Below are positions 48,701 through 58,513 of a stretch of 64,000 nucleotides of DNA, in pieces. Position 1 is the stretch's first letter; each line of letters starts with the position of its first letter. The DNA lies in assembly GCA_038212275.1 (NCBI GenBank), contig JBBQUR010000015.1, positions 1 to 64,000 on the forward strand, given 5' to 3'. The notes under the pieces are model-generated. The model was not told where the DNA came from. It made no database searches and was given only the letters and a program-made list of their open reading frames with translations. This DNA comes from Planctomycetota bacterium. Lineage in GTDB: Bacteria > Planctomycetota > B15-G4. The position numbers and the translations under genes are program-made.

Positions 48701-50026
48701 TCAGCGAGCCGCCAGCCACGCGCGCCACGCGGCGGCGAATGTCCTGTTGGAGTTCGGCGGCGCACTGTCGGGCCCGTCGGCGAAGTCCGGGCCGCCGCCG
48801 TACAGCCAGCGCAAGGCCTTGTCGAAGCCGGCAAGCTGCGCCTGCCTGGCGGGCGCCTGCTCATCCGCGGCGAACACATCGAGACACCGACCCACGAAGG
48901 GTTTCGCGCCGGCGGCGAGTCCCTGCATCAGCATCAGGGCGTCACTCGCATTCAGTCGCCGGCACTCATCAAAGGTGGGAGCAAGGTCGCGGCCCAGCTC
49001 CTCGAAGGCCTCGGCATCGAAGGCCGCCGTCCGCGTGCAGTCTTCCTCGTGATGCTCTCGCTCGCGATGCGCGGGAATGTGGACGGCGATCCAGCGCATC
49101 GAGGCAGCGTCATCGTCGCGGTAGACGGCGACGACCGCGAAGCCGGTGCACGGGTCGCCCCCGTTGAAGTTGACGGTCAGCAGGCGCGCGCGCTCCGCGC
49201 CGTCGAGGGCGCCGCGGCGCGCCAGTTCCGAGCGCGCGACCTCGGGCCCCACCGACTTCGGGAAGCGAGTCGTCAGCGCCGCCAGCAGCAGCGTGCCTTC
49301 CTCGACGTGCCCGGTGCGCAGCAGCAGCAGACCGTAGCGCGCGAAGAGCAGGTCCTCGCCGGCGATGCCGCCGCGCTCCGGCTCCGAGATCACCGAGGCG
49401 TCCAGGGCGGCCTCGTGCAGGAGCGCCAGCGCGCCGCCGAAATCTCCGCGCCGCTCCGCGAGCTCGGACTTGCGCTGGAAGACCACCACGGTGTTCTCCG
49501 CCGTGCACCAGATGCACGCATCGGCGCCCCAGGTGTCCACGTCGTCGAGAATGCGCTGCGCCTCGTCGAAGCGCCCGAGGAGGTCGAGCAGCACGTAGCG
49601 ATCCATCTGCGACGACACGCTCTGGGTGGCGCCGGTCTCCGGCAGGCCTTGGTCGCCGACACTTTCGAGCAGTTCCTGTGCGGCTGCCTGCAGCGCCGGC
49701 CACTGCGGCGCGGCGCGCGGATCACCGCCGAAGCGCTGCGGATACAGAGCGAGCCGCGCCGCGAGCACCGAGCCGGGATCAGGCGCACAGAATTTGCGGC
49801 TCGCGCCGAAGCACTCGCGCATCTGCACGAGCAGACCCTGGAGTTCGAGGAACTCCTGTTCGACGGCGCCGTCCGGGTTTGTCGCCGCAACGTGCGGGTC
49901 GCCTGCGGCCGAGGCGTCCTGCCCCTGAATCGCCTCGGTGGCTCCGCGCGGTGGGTCCTGTGCCAACGCAGCGCGCGAGCCGCAGACGAGCATCACCACC
50001 GCGAGGGCCCCGAGCGCCGGCTTCAT
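48701..50026 (-). CDS. Secreted helical (TPR-like) hypothetical protein, paralog B
   Basis: Signal peptide; QMDRYVLLDLLGRFDEAQ, GADACIWC, ARYGLLL; ATGA-coupled to paralog A. Confidence 0.75.
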   Translation of the reverse strand: MKPALGALAVVMLVCGSRAALAQDPPRGATEAIQGQDASAAGDPHVAATNPDGAVEQEFLELQGLLVQMRECFGASRKFCAPDPGSVLAARLALYPQRFGGDPRAAPQWPALQAAAQELLESVGDQGLPETGATQSVSSQMDRYVLLDLLGRFDEAQRILDDVDTWGADACIWCTAENTVVVFQRKSELAERRGDFGGALALLHEAALDASVISEPERGGIAGEDLLFARYGLLLLRTGHVEEGTLLLAALTTRFPKSVGPEVARSELARRGALDGAERARLLTVNFNGGDPCTGFAVVAVYRDDDAASMRWIAVHIPAHREREHHEEDCTRTAAFDAEAFEELGRDLAPTFDECRRLNASDALMLMQGLAAGAKPFVGRCLDVFAADEQAPARQAQLAGFDKALRWLYGGGPDFADGPDSAPPNSNRTFAAAWRAWLAAR

Positions 50027-51273
50027 CGCGCCGCCAGCCATGCGCGCCACTCACCGGCGAACTGCGCACCGTCACCTTCGTTCAGCGAGCGAGACAGGCT
50101 CGGCCCGCCGCCATGCACCCAGCGCAGCACTGCGTCGATCGGACCGGTGGTCGCGAGGGAGGTCTCTCCGCCACTCACCTGCGCGAGGAGCGGCTCGACG
50201 TACGGCGCCGCACCACCGCGCAGGCCCTGCGCGAGCCGCAACGCGGGGCCGACCATCCACGGTCGCTGCTCGTTGCCGAGCAGATTCGTTTCGAGTGCCG
50301 GCCGGAGCTGCTCGAATCCTTCCGGGTCGAAGGTCGCGGTGTGCGAACCCCACTCGTCTCCGGTGTTGGGCAGGCGCGCTGCGAGGATCTGCAGCCAGCC
50401 GGGGCGGGCCGCGTCGGTCAGCACGAGGGCGGCGGTCATCCGGCAGTAACCGCCCCACTCGAGGATCACGACGTCGAGTGCGGGCTGCGCCTCGTCGACC
50501 GCCACGCCGCGCCGCGCGAGTTCGGCCTGCGCGAGCTCGGCACCGATGCTGCCTGGGTAGACGCGTACCACGAAACGGAGCACGCCCTCGCCCTCGGTGC
50601 CGTGGCCGGTGCTGCACAGCAGCAGGCCGTAGCGGGCGTGCATCAGGTGCGCGCTCGGATGCTGGCCGCCGCCGATCACGGCATCCGGCAACTCGAAGCA
50701 GGCCTCCTGCTGCCAGCGCAGCGCGCCCGCGAGGTCTCCGGCGCGCTCGCAGGCCTCCGAGCGGCGCTGATACACGACGAAGCCGTTGTCGGCGGTGCAG
50801 GTGTGGCAGCCGTCCGCGCCGAAGACGCGCACGTTCTCGAGGATCGCCTGCGCCTCATCCGCGCGACCGACAAGGTCGAGCAGTACGGAGCGGTCCATCT
50901 GGCGCGCCACGTCGTAGTCGCTGAGCGGCGCACGCGTGGCCGGGTTGTCGAGGCGGTCGAGGAGTGCCTGCGCCGCGGCGGCCAGCGCCGGCCACTGCGG
51001 CTCGAGCCGCGGATCGGTGCCGAAGCGCCACCGGAACACGGCGAGCCGCACGGCAATATCGGAGCACGGATTGGGCGCGCACCATTTGCGCGAACGCCCG
51101 AAGGACTCGGGGACCTGGGCGAGCAATGCCTGGAGTGCGCGCAACTCACGCGCGATGGCGGCATCGGCAACGGGCGCCGCCGGCGGCGCTGCGTCCTGTG
51201 CGGCGTGCGCGCTGATCGACAGCGCGGCCGCCGCCAGCACGACTCCACGAAGCCCGGTCATCAGAGTCATCAT
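50023..51273 (-). CDS. Secreted helical (TPR-like) hypothetical protein, paralog A
   Basis: Signal peptide ..AHAAQD; QMDRSVLLDLVGRADEAQ, GADGCHTC, ARYGLLL, WRAWLAAR end shared with paralog B. Confidence 0.75.
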   Translation of the reverse strand: MMTLMTGLRGVVLAAAALSISAHAAQDAAPPAAPVADAAIARELRALQALLAQVPESFGRSRKWCAPNPCSDIAVRLAVFRWRFGTDPRLEPQWPALAAAAQALLDRLDNPATRAPLSDYDVARQMDRSVLLDLVGRADEAQAILENVRVFGADGCHTCTADNGFVVYQRRSEACERAGDLAGALRWQQEACFELPDAVIGGGQHPSAHLMHARYGLLLCSTGHGTEGEGVLRFVVRVYPGSIGAELAQAELARRGVAVDEAQPALDVVILEWGGYCRMTAALVLTDAARPGWLQILAARLPNTGDEWGSHTATFDPEGFEQLRPALETNLLGNEQRPWMVGPALRLAQGLRGGAAPYVEPLLAQVSGGETSLATTGPIDAVLRWVHGGGPSLSRSLNEGDGAQFAGEWRAWLAAR

Positions 51274-51530
51274 TGCGGGTGCCCTTGCTGCGCCGCTGCG
51301 CGTGTTCCCGGAGTGCCCGGGCCAGGAAGTGCCCGCGGCCGGGCGGGAGGTTACCGGAGGCTCCCGTGTTCGCGCTGTCCAGCCACTCGTGCCACGCCTG
51401 CGCGAAGGCGTCGAACGCATCGAGGACTCGATCGCATGCGGGCCGCCCGCGCCGTAGGATCCGCAGGCCCGGTGAAGTAGTGTTCCGCGATCGGCCGATC
51501 GCGCGGTCTGTGCGGCTCGGGGAAATCACC

Positions 51531-52220
51531 ATGCGTCACCGCTTCCTGCCGCCGCTGGGTCCGGCGCTCATGCTGGCCGCGCTGCTGCTCCCCGGTTGCA
51601 TCGGTCTGCGGACTTACGGCGAGGACCGCGTGCGCGACCTCTCCGACGTGATCGACGTGCGCTACGGCACGGGCTTTGGGCTCGGTGCCAGCGTGCAACT
51701 TGGCCCCGCGTTCTCGACCGGCCTCGGCTGCTCGCCGGAGTGGTACACGCGGGAGTGGTTCGGCCGGAAGTCGGTGGAGGTGGACGACGGCCTCTTCGCC
51801 GGCGGGCTCCTCGTCAGCTACGACGGCGACTATGTCCGGCGCAGAGGCGAGAGCGCCTGGGTGCGCAGGGGGGACTCGACGACCGGCTCCTTCAGCGTGC
51901 TCATCTTCACGATAAATACCGGCCGCGGCGGCCCCTTCGCCGGCGACGCCGCCTGGTTCGAAGAGCCCGCAGGCAGTCCGCCCCTCTTCACCGCCATGCG
52001 CATGGGCGGCACCGTCTACCTGCCCGGCGTGAACGGCGGCCTGTACTGGAACATCGGCGAGACACTCGACTTCTTCTGCGGCCTCGTCACCTACGATCCG
52101 ATGCACGACGACGGCTACCCCAAGTTCTTCACGCCCGGCGCACCTGCGCCCGTATTGGCGCCCGCATCGATCCCGGACTCGGCGTCGTTGTCGGACTCGG
52201 CCCCGCCGTCGTCGCCGTGA
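51531..52220 (+). CDS. Hypothetical lipoprotein
   Basis: LAALLLPGC lipobox; YGEDRVRDLSD..GETLDFFCGLVTYDPMHDD. Confidence 0.7.
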   Translation: MRHRFLPPLGPALMLAALLLPGCIGLRTYGEDRVRDLSDVIDVRYGTGFGLGASVQLGPAFSTGLGCSPEWYTREWFGRKSVEVDDGLFAGGLLVSYDGDYVRRRGESAWVRRGDSTTGSFSVLIFTINTGRGGPFAGDAAWFEEPAGSPPLFTAMRMGGTVYLPGVNGGLYWNIGETLDFFCGLVTYDPMHDDGYPKFFTPGAPAPVLAPASIPDSASLSDSAPPSSP

Positions 52221-52372
52221 GCGGCTGCGGCTGAGACGCGACCGCGTGCGTCGCGGCCAGTGGTTGCAACGGCCGTGCAGCGAATGCCTGAAAGGTTCAT
52301 CCCTTCGTCGGCGATCGCGCACGAGTGCTCTGAAGCCAGGCGATGCGGTGCGCGCTCTCGCCTCTCGCGCGG

Positions 52373-52860
52373 ACGCAGGAAGATCCGAAGGCCGCCGCAG
52401 ATCAGGTCGTGCACTGGATCGTCGAGCGCCAGAATGCGGACGGGAGTTACGCGCCGAGCTCGCCGACATGTGCCGCGTGCTCGACCTGCTCGGCCGCTGT
52501 CCGCGCCGCTACACGGAGCTCGACGGTCCGTTCTTCCGCCGCGCGGCGAAGCGCGTTGCCGAGGCGGCCGCTCGCACGGACGGCAAGCCCTCCACCGACG
52601 CGACGTCTGCCGCCATGTCCGGCGCGCCTCCCGACGCGCTCGGTCTCGCCGCGATGCTTTCGCCCGCTTTCCAGCAGCCGCGCGATGCCGCGCGCGCGCG
52701 CCTGCGCGCGCAGTCGCCCGACGGCGATTACGACCGATGGTTCGCGCTGCGCTCGTTCCCCGACGACACCGCCCCGCTGCCGACGGGCTCGGCCGCAACG
52801 GCTGCCGCACCGGCCATCGACTCGGCGCGCGCCGTCGTGATGCCGGTGCGGGCCGGGTAG
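52373..52860 (+). pseudogene. Frameshifted fragment with a prenyltransferase/squalene-cyclase QW-like repeat
   Basis: AADQVVHWIVERQNADGSY in one frame continues after an apparent 1-nt shift near 52458 as LADMCRVLDLLGRCPRRY; no credible start. Confidence 0.5.
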
Positions 52861-52871
52861 CATTGCAGCAG

Positions 52872-52906
52872 ATTCAGCATTCAGCGTTCAGCGTTCAGCA
52901 TTCAGC
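52872..52906. repeat. Heptamer tandem repeat (A/G)TTCAGC x5
   Basis: Read directly from the sequence, upstream of the esterase gene. Confidence 0.85.
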
Positions 52907-52950
52907 GATCGGCCTTCGCCGGCCACTGGCGTCACACGCATCGGGACCTC

Positions 52951-54003
52951 ATGCCGAAACCCGCAACGACCCGCCGCCGCCGGCTCCACGTCCACGTTCC
53001 CGCTGGGCAGGGAAGCGTGGTGCTGCGCACCGATGCCGATTGGGAGCGCGACCTGCAGCCCGTCTCCGTTTCCGCGGACGGCAACACCTCGACCTTCCAG
53101 CTCGAGAGCCCGCGGCCGTTCGTGTACCTCAAGCCCTGCCTGAGGACCGCGACCGGCGCGTTGCGCTGGGCGGTCGGGCCCAACCTGCTCGCGCTCATGA
53201 CCTTCACCGCGGAAGCCCACGTCCACCCGTATTTCGACGGCAGCGAGAAGGGGTCGTTCTCGGAGCTGGTCGAGCTCGACAGCAGGATCCTCGGCCGCAA
53301 GCATCGGCTGCGCGTCTACCTGCCGCCGGGCTACCGCGAGAACCCGCTGCGAAAATACCCGGTGTTCTACATGCACGACGGCAAGAACCTGTTCTTCCCG
53401 GCTGAGGCCTTCATGGGCCGTGACTGGCAGGTCGACGACAGCCTGCAGATGCTCGACTCGATGAGCGCGATCGATCGCGTGCTGATCGTGGGTGTCCACT
53501 CCGGCGACCGCAACAGCGAGTACACGAAACCCGGATACGAAGCCTACGCCCGCTCGATCGTCGAGGAAGTGCGGCCCGTCGTTGCCGCGAAGCTGCGCGT
53601 GCACGACAGCCCCCGCGAGACCGGCGTGATCGGCTCGTCGCTCGGCGGTGTCGCCGCTTTCTACATGGCGTGGCAATACCCGCAGGTCTTCGGCTTTGCG
53701 GCCTGCATGTCGAGCACCTTCTCGTACCAGGACGACCTGATCGAGCGCGTGCTCTCCGAGCCCAGGTCCACGTCGAAGTTCTATCTCGACAGCGGCTGGC
53801 CGAACGACAACTACGAGGTCACGCTCGCGATGGCGATGGCGCTTTCCGAGCGTGGCTACAAGGTGCGCGAGGACTTCCTGCACCTTGCGTTCCCCGGCGA
53901 GCAGCATGACGAACGCGCCTGGAGCCGCCGGCTGCACCTGCCGTTCCAGCTCGCGATGGGCCGCCCCGTCGTCGGGCAGCGGCGCAGCAAGCGGAAAGCC
54001 TGA
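52951..54003 (+). CDS. Putative esterase (Fes/IroE-like alpha/beta-hydrolase)
   Basis: RVYLPPGY..YPVFYMHDGKNLF, GSSLGG, HDERAW. Confidence 0.88.
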   Translation: MPKPATTRRRRLHVHVPAGQGSVVLRTDADWERDLQPVSVSADGNTSTFQLESPRPFVYLKPCLRTATGALRWAVGPNLLALMTFTAEAHVHPYFDGSEKGSFSELVELDSRILGRKHRLRVYLPPGYRENPLRKYPVFYMHDGKNLFFPAEAFMGRDWQVDDSLQMLDSMSAIDRVLIVGVHSGDRNSEYTKPGYEAYARSIVEEVRPVVAAKLRVHDSPRETGVIGSSLGGVAAFYMAWQYPQVFGFAACMSSTFSYQDDLIERVLSEPRSTSKFYLDSGWPNDNYEVTLAMAMALSERGYKVREDFLHLAFPGEQHDERAWSRRLHLPFQLAMGRPVVGQRRSKRKA

Positions 54004-54016
54004 CGATGCCGCGGAC

Positions 54017-54074
54017 TGACGTGACCCCCGCAAAGTGGTCCACGCGCTGTGAGAGACGACCGCCCCCGACAGGG
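54017..54074. repeat. Isolated IS-end-like repeat (TG-initiated, IS3-family-like), no transposase
   Basis: TGACGTGACCCCCGCAAAGTGGTCCAC; similar copy at 45421. Confidence 0.5.
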
Positions 54075-54123
54075 CAAGGCGTCCCTCGTGAAGAAGCGCA
54101 CGCAGCCCGCGCGCCACCAGGCG

Positions 54124-55830
54124 CTACGGCTTCAGCGCGATCACCAGCGCATTGCTCAGGCCGATCGGCTCGCTGCCCGCATAGCCGGTGATGACGAACT
54201 GCGCGTAGAAGTTCGCCGGGCCGCCGCCGCCCGGGAAGCTCGGAATCAACAAGTTGCCTGTGGGCAACGGGGGGAAGGTGAGCAGCACCGAGCCCGCGAG
54301 CTTGGGCACGAGCGTGCCGCCCTTGAACGACGTGAGGCCAAGGCCCGCCGAGAGAAGCAGGAAAGGGTGGCCGCCGAATGGCACGCCGGTCAGCTCGAAG
54401 TCGGCCTTGCTGCCACTCTGGAGCTGGCCGCCGTAGACCGAGAAGGTCGCGAGGTGCGGGCCCTGGAAGCCGAGGTTGGCTTGATAGGTGAGCTGGCCGA
54501 TGCACTCCGCGCCGCCGGCGTTGCTCGCGATCGCATCGCCGTCGGGGAGGCCAACGAGCAGGTCGGGCCAGCCGTCGTCGTTCACGTCGAGGCCGCCGTC
54601 GAAGCTTGCGTGCTGGCTCACGCCGGAGCCGGTGAAGAAGTCGTGCTGCTTCACGAGGCTGCCGTCACCGCCGTCGAAGACGCGCACGAAGCCGCCGCCC
54701 GAGGGCACGCCCGCTTCCGTGCCGCCGATCGCCACGTCCGGAAGGCCGTCCTTGTCGATGTCGCCGGCCTTGCAGAGCCACGTGCCGAAGCGCTCGCCCG
54801 CGTTGACCCCGGGGTAGACGCGCACGAGGGTTCCCGCGGCGCCTTCGTAGAGGTATGCGGCGCCGACGCCGGAGCCGGATGCGCCGTCGCCCGGCGCGCC
54901 CACCAGGAGTTCGCGCACGCCGTCGCCGTCGGTGTCGCCCACGGCACAGAGGGCCGTGCCCAGGCTCTGGAAGTCCTGGCCGAACTCCTTGTAGAGCACG
55001 GCGTGCGTGCTGCCGTTGTAGACGGTCACGCTGCCCGCAGCCTCGTTGAAGATGAGGAACGGAAAGAGCTGCAGGAAGTCTTCCGCCGGCGCGCCGATCG
55101 CGTACTCGCTGCGGCCGTCGCCGGTGAGGTCTCCGAGCAGCGCCACCGACCAGCCGAAGAGGTCGCCGTCCTTCAGGCCCTCGTGGTGCATGAGGAGCGT
55201 GCCGGTTGCACCGTTGTAGAGGTTCGCGTAGCCCTCGTTGTTGGTCGTGCCGGTCTTGTCCCAGTGCGGCGCGCCGATGAGGATGTCCGGGATGCCGTCG
55301 CCGGTCACGTCGGCGTTGCTCGCGATCGAGTCGCCGAAGCGCGCGCTCGTCGAGCTGCCCTGAAACGTGCGCAGCACGGCGCCGGTCGAGCCGTTGTAGA
55401 GCGTGACGCGGCCGGCGTCCGTCAGGATCTGGAAGCCGGAGGGCACGTCGGCGCGCGGCGCGCTCACGAGCAGGTCGGGCACCGAATCCCCATTGATCAG
55501 CCCGGCCACGGCCACGACCTGTCCGTAGGTGCTGCCCGCGCTGTCCCCGTGAAACTGCTTGAGCAGGATGTGCGGCGCGCTGCCATTGATGAGGTACGCC
55601 GAGCCGTTGGAGGCATCCTGCGGCGCGCCGATGAACATCTCGGCGTGGCCGTCGCCGTTCACGTCGGGCACCAGCGCGACCGACTCGCCCCAGTGGTCGC
55701 CCGCGCTGACGAAGCCGCCGCCGAGGCCGTACCAGGTCTGGTCCTGCGCGGTGGCCGCGGGTGCTGCCGCCAGCAGGAGTTCGATCGCCGTGCAGCAAAG
55801 CAGAAACGCATGGGAGGCAGAGTTCTTCAT
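54124..55830 (-). CDS. Secreted FG-GAP (integrin-alpha-like) seven-blade beta-propeller with conserved C-terminal domain
   Basis: Seven Dx(N/T/D)xDG..(G/S)AP-like repeats (DVNGDG, LINGDS, DVTGDG, DLTGDG, DTDGDG, DIDKDG, DVNDDG); ends FKGGTL..YAQF..LSNALVIALKP. Confidence 0.88.
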   Translation of the reverse strand: MKNSASHAFLLCCTAIELLLAAAPAATAQDQTWYGLGGGFVSAGDHWGESVALVPDVNGDGHAEMFIGAPQDASNGSAYLINGSAPHILLKQFHGDSAGSTYGQVVAVAGLINGDSVPDLLVSAPRADVPSGFQILTDAGRVTLYNGSTGAVLRTFQGSSTSARFGDSIASNADVTGDGIPDILIGAPHWDKTGTTNNEGYANLYNGATGTLLMHHEGLKDGDLFGWSVALLGDLTGDGRSEYAIGAPAEDFLQLFPFLIFNEAAGSVTVYNGSTHAVLYKEFGQDFQSLGTALCAVGDTDGDGVRELLVGAPGDGASGSGVGAAYLYEGAAGTLVRVYPGVNAGERFGTWLCKAGDIDKDGLPDVAIGGTEAGVPSGGGFVRVFDGGDGSLVKQHDFFTGSGVSQHASFDGGLDVNDDGWPDLLVGLPDGDAIASNAGGAECIGQLTYQANLGFQGPHLATFSVYGGQLQSGSKADFELTGVPFGGHPFLLLSAGLGLTSFKGGTLVPKLAGSVLLTFPPLPTGNLLIPSFPGGGGPANFYAQFVITGYAGSEPIGLSNALVIALKP

Positions 55831-56120
55831 GGCTGGCGTCGACCAAGGGGAAGGAAGGGAAACCGGAAGCATCCGGCCTTCGACCCAGAGCCGGAATCCG
55901 CGCGGGCCGTTACACCGCTCCCCGCATCGGAGCGTCGGACCGGCGCCCGCACGGCACGGCCCCAGCAGCCGCCGCGTCCCGCCGCGCCTCGCACCGGCCC
56001 CGCACCAGCGCCGCACCAGCGCCGCACCGGCCCCGCACCGCAGCAGCCTCCGACCGACGGGTCGCGTTCCCGGATAGAGTGCGTCGCGAAGCATCGTTCG
56101 GGCCATGGATCCAGCCAGTG

Positions 56121-57302
56121 ATGATCAAGCGCGTCCTTCCGACGTCCCTTCTGCCGCTCCTGCTCTGCGGCCTCGCGGCTCAGGTCCCTGCGCAGATCGC
56201 GGCGTGGCCCGCCGGCCCCGGCGTCGAGATCGGCCACGAGGGTCTGCCCGGCGGCCTGCCAGCGGCCTTCGAGAGCAGCGGCATCGCGTGGCATCCGGGG
56301 CGCAACAGCCTGCTGGTCGCGAGCGACTCGGGCCTGATCGCCGAGCTGCCGGCGGGCGGCGGCGCGCCGACGGTCTGGTCGCTGCCGGGCGACCTCGAAG
56401 GCCTCACGATCAAGGACCCGGCGAGCAACCTCGTCTACGTCGGCGTCGAGAGCCCCGACAGCATCGTGGAGTTCAACCTGGCGACGGGCTCGACCACGGG
56501 CAACTCGTGGAACCTCACCACGTGGATGACCGGCCCCAGCAACGAGGGCCTCGAGGCGCTCGCGTACGTGAACGGCGAGTTCTGGGCCGGGCTGCAACTC
56601 AACGGCAACATCTTCCGCTTCAAGCTGATGCCCGGCGGCGTGGTGCAGTTCCTCGGGAGCATGCCCAGTCACCTGGGGCGCGCGGATCTCGCGGGCCTCG
56701 AATGGGATCCGTGCACCGGCGTGGTCTACGCGCTGCACGACACGGCCAACGTCCTCGTGGAGTACGACAGCAACGGCACGTTCCTGCGCGAGTACGCCGC
56801 GACCGGCACCGACCAGGAGGGCGTCGCATTGCAGCACGGCTCGCCGACCGCCGCCGCGACGATCTGGTTCGCGCAGGACACGGGCGAGGTCACCCGCTAC
56901 GAGGGCTACCCCGTCACGCCGTGCCCGCCCGGGACGTGGACCGACCTCGGCGGTGGCACGACGGGCAGCGCCGGCGCGCCGCACCTTGCAGGCAGCGGGC
57001 CGCTGCAGGGCGGCTGGAGCTTCGCGCTCGACCTCGCGTCGGCGCCGCCCGGCGCGCCGATGCTCGCGGCGCTGTCGTTCGCGTCCAATCCCATCGCGGC
57101 GTTCGGCGGCACCTTCCACGCGCTGCCCATCGCGAGCCAGTTCATCCTCGCAGCCGACGGCGGCGGCGGATTTCATATCGCATCGACCTGGCCGGCCGGC
57201 GTGCCGTCCGGCACGACTTTCTGGTTCCAATTCATCGTGAAGGACACGGCGCACACGCCGCAGCTCACGCTGAGCAACGGCCTGCGCGCGACGGCGCCGT
57301 GA
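56121..57302 (+). CDS. Secreted YjiK/SdiA-regulated-like beta-propeller with conserved C-terminal domain
   Basis: ESSGIAW, DLEGLT, NEGLEALA, DLAGLEWD, QEGVAL blades; CTD WTDLG..FQFIVKD..LSNGLRATAP from 56937. Confidence 0.78.
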   Translation: MIKRVLPTSLLPLLLCGLAAQVPAQIAAWPAGPGVEIGHEGLPGGLPAAFESSGIAWHPGRNSLLVASDSGLIAELPAGGGAPTVWSLPGDLEGLTIKDPASNLVYVGVESPDSIVEFNLATGSTTGNSWNLTTWMTGPSNEGLEALAYVNGEFWAGLQLNGNIFRFKLMPGGVVQFLGSMPSHLGRADLAGLEWDPCTGVVYALHDTANVLVEYDSNGTFLREYAATGTDQEGVALQHGSPTAAATIWFAQDTGEVTRYEGYPVTPCPPGTWTDLGGGTTGSAGAPHLAGSGPLQGGWSFALDLASAPPGAPMLAALSFASNPIAAFGGTFHALPIASQFILAADGGGGFHIASTWPAGVPSGTTFWFQFIVKDTAHTPQLTLSNGLRATAP

Positions 57303-57562
57303 GCGGCCGGCGCGGCGCGTGAGCCAGGCTCGCGCGAACGCCCAATCGCTCTTCACCGTGCGGTGGTCGTTCAGGACTCGCGCGTGGTGGAGACGGGCTC
57401 GGCGAGTATCGGCGGAGCCACTATTCATGAATGTCGGCAACGGGAGCCGGGCGCGGGCGCAGTGGCTTGTGCGTCCTCCCCGTCCCGACCGCGGAAGCCG
57501 GCCTGACTTCGCTGAGATCCCCGCCCGCGGCACGATCGCTGCCCGCAACTCCGCCCGGCAAG

Positions 57563-58513
57563 TGTCCAAACCGGGCACATGGGTGACAGAAACGTCCGGG
57601 CACATGGGTGACACATCAGGCTGTTCGGCAGGAGGGCCTGCCGATGCCGTAGTTGGAGTCACGTGTGGACGATCGATTGAAGTTCATGAAGGAGTACGGT
57701 TCTGGGCGCTGGCCGGTGGCCGAGCTCGCGCGCCGACACGGGATCAGCCGCAAGACGGCGCATGAGTTCATCGCTCGCTTCAAGGAGCGTGGCGCCGAGT
57801 GTCTGTGCGATCTGTCGCGAGCGCGGCATGCACAGGATCACCAGGTCACGCGACACGTCGAGCAACGGATCGTCGCGGCCGCACGCCAGTGGGGCTGTTG
57901 GGGGCAGCGCAAACTAGGCGCAATTCTCAAGCGCCGCGCGCCCGATATCGATTGGCCCGCGAAGAGCACGGTGGGAGACACCTTGAAGCGCCATGGGCTC
58001 GTGACGCCTCGGCATCTGCACCGGCCGACTGCGGCCTCATCCCGCACCCGGCTCGCGCCGGCCAGCGAGCCCAATGACCTGTGGTCGACCGACTTCTAAG
58101 GCTGGTGCCTGAGCGGCGCGCGCGAGCGCCTGGAGCCGTTCACGCTGGGCGACACCTGCAGTCGCTACGCCCTGGCGTGCACGCTCGTCAGCTCGATTCA
58201 CACGGAAACGGTGTGGCCGATCTTTGCGCATTGCTTCCGCGAGTACGGTCTGCCGCGGCGCATTCGCAGCGACAATGGGCCGCCTTTCGGCAGTGGCGGG
58301 CTTGCCGGCCTCTCGGGCCCGAGCGTGCGCTGGCTGCGCCTGGAATCCGCCCGGAGCGCATTCAGCCCGGCAAGCCGCAGCAAAACGGAGCGATCGAGCG
58401 CTTCAATCACGTGCGTCCACACGAGGCGCTCGGTGATCGCACGCCGGCGGAGGTGTACACGCCGTCACCGCGGCGCTTTCCCAGGAAGCTGCCGGAGTTT
58501 CATGACGGCCCGC
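57563..58513 (+). mobile_element. Decayed IS481-family element (left end plus disrupted transposase)
   Basis: TGT terminus at 57563; 18-bp direct repeats CCGGGCACATGGGTGACA at 57571 and 57596; HTH GISRKTAH; DDE motifs WSTDF / SDNG / IERF; right end missing. Confidence 0.85.
57644..58513 (+). pseudogene. IS481 transposase pseudogene
   Basis: ATG-CCG-TAG (usual MPW start) with stop at 57650; TAA at 58097; frameshift near 58342; apparent internal deletion between IERF and NHVRPHEAL. Confidence 0.85.

Noticed and set aside
50795..50815. Heme c attachment site in paralog A (GCHTC)
   Set aside because: The motif is CxxCT, not CxxCH, in both paralogs
57650..58099. Stop-codon readthrough or recoding in the transposase
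   Set aside because: Two different stops plus a frameshift and a deletion indicate decay; TAG and TGA terminate intact genes normally in this window
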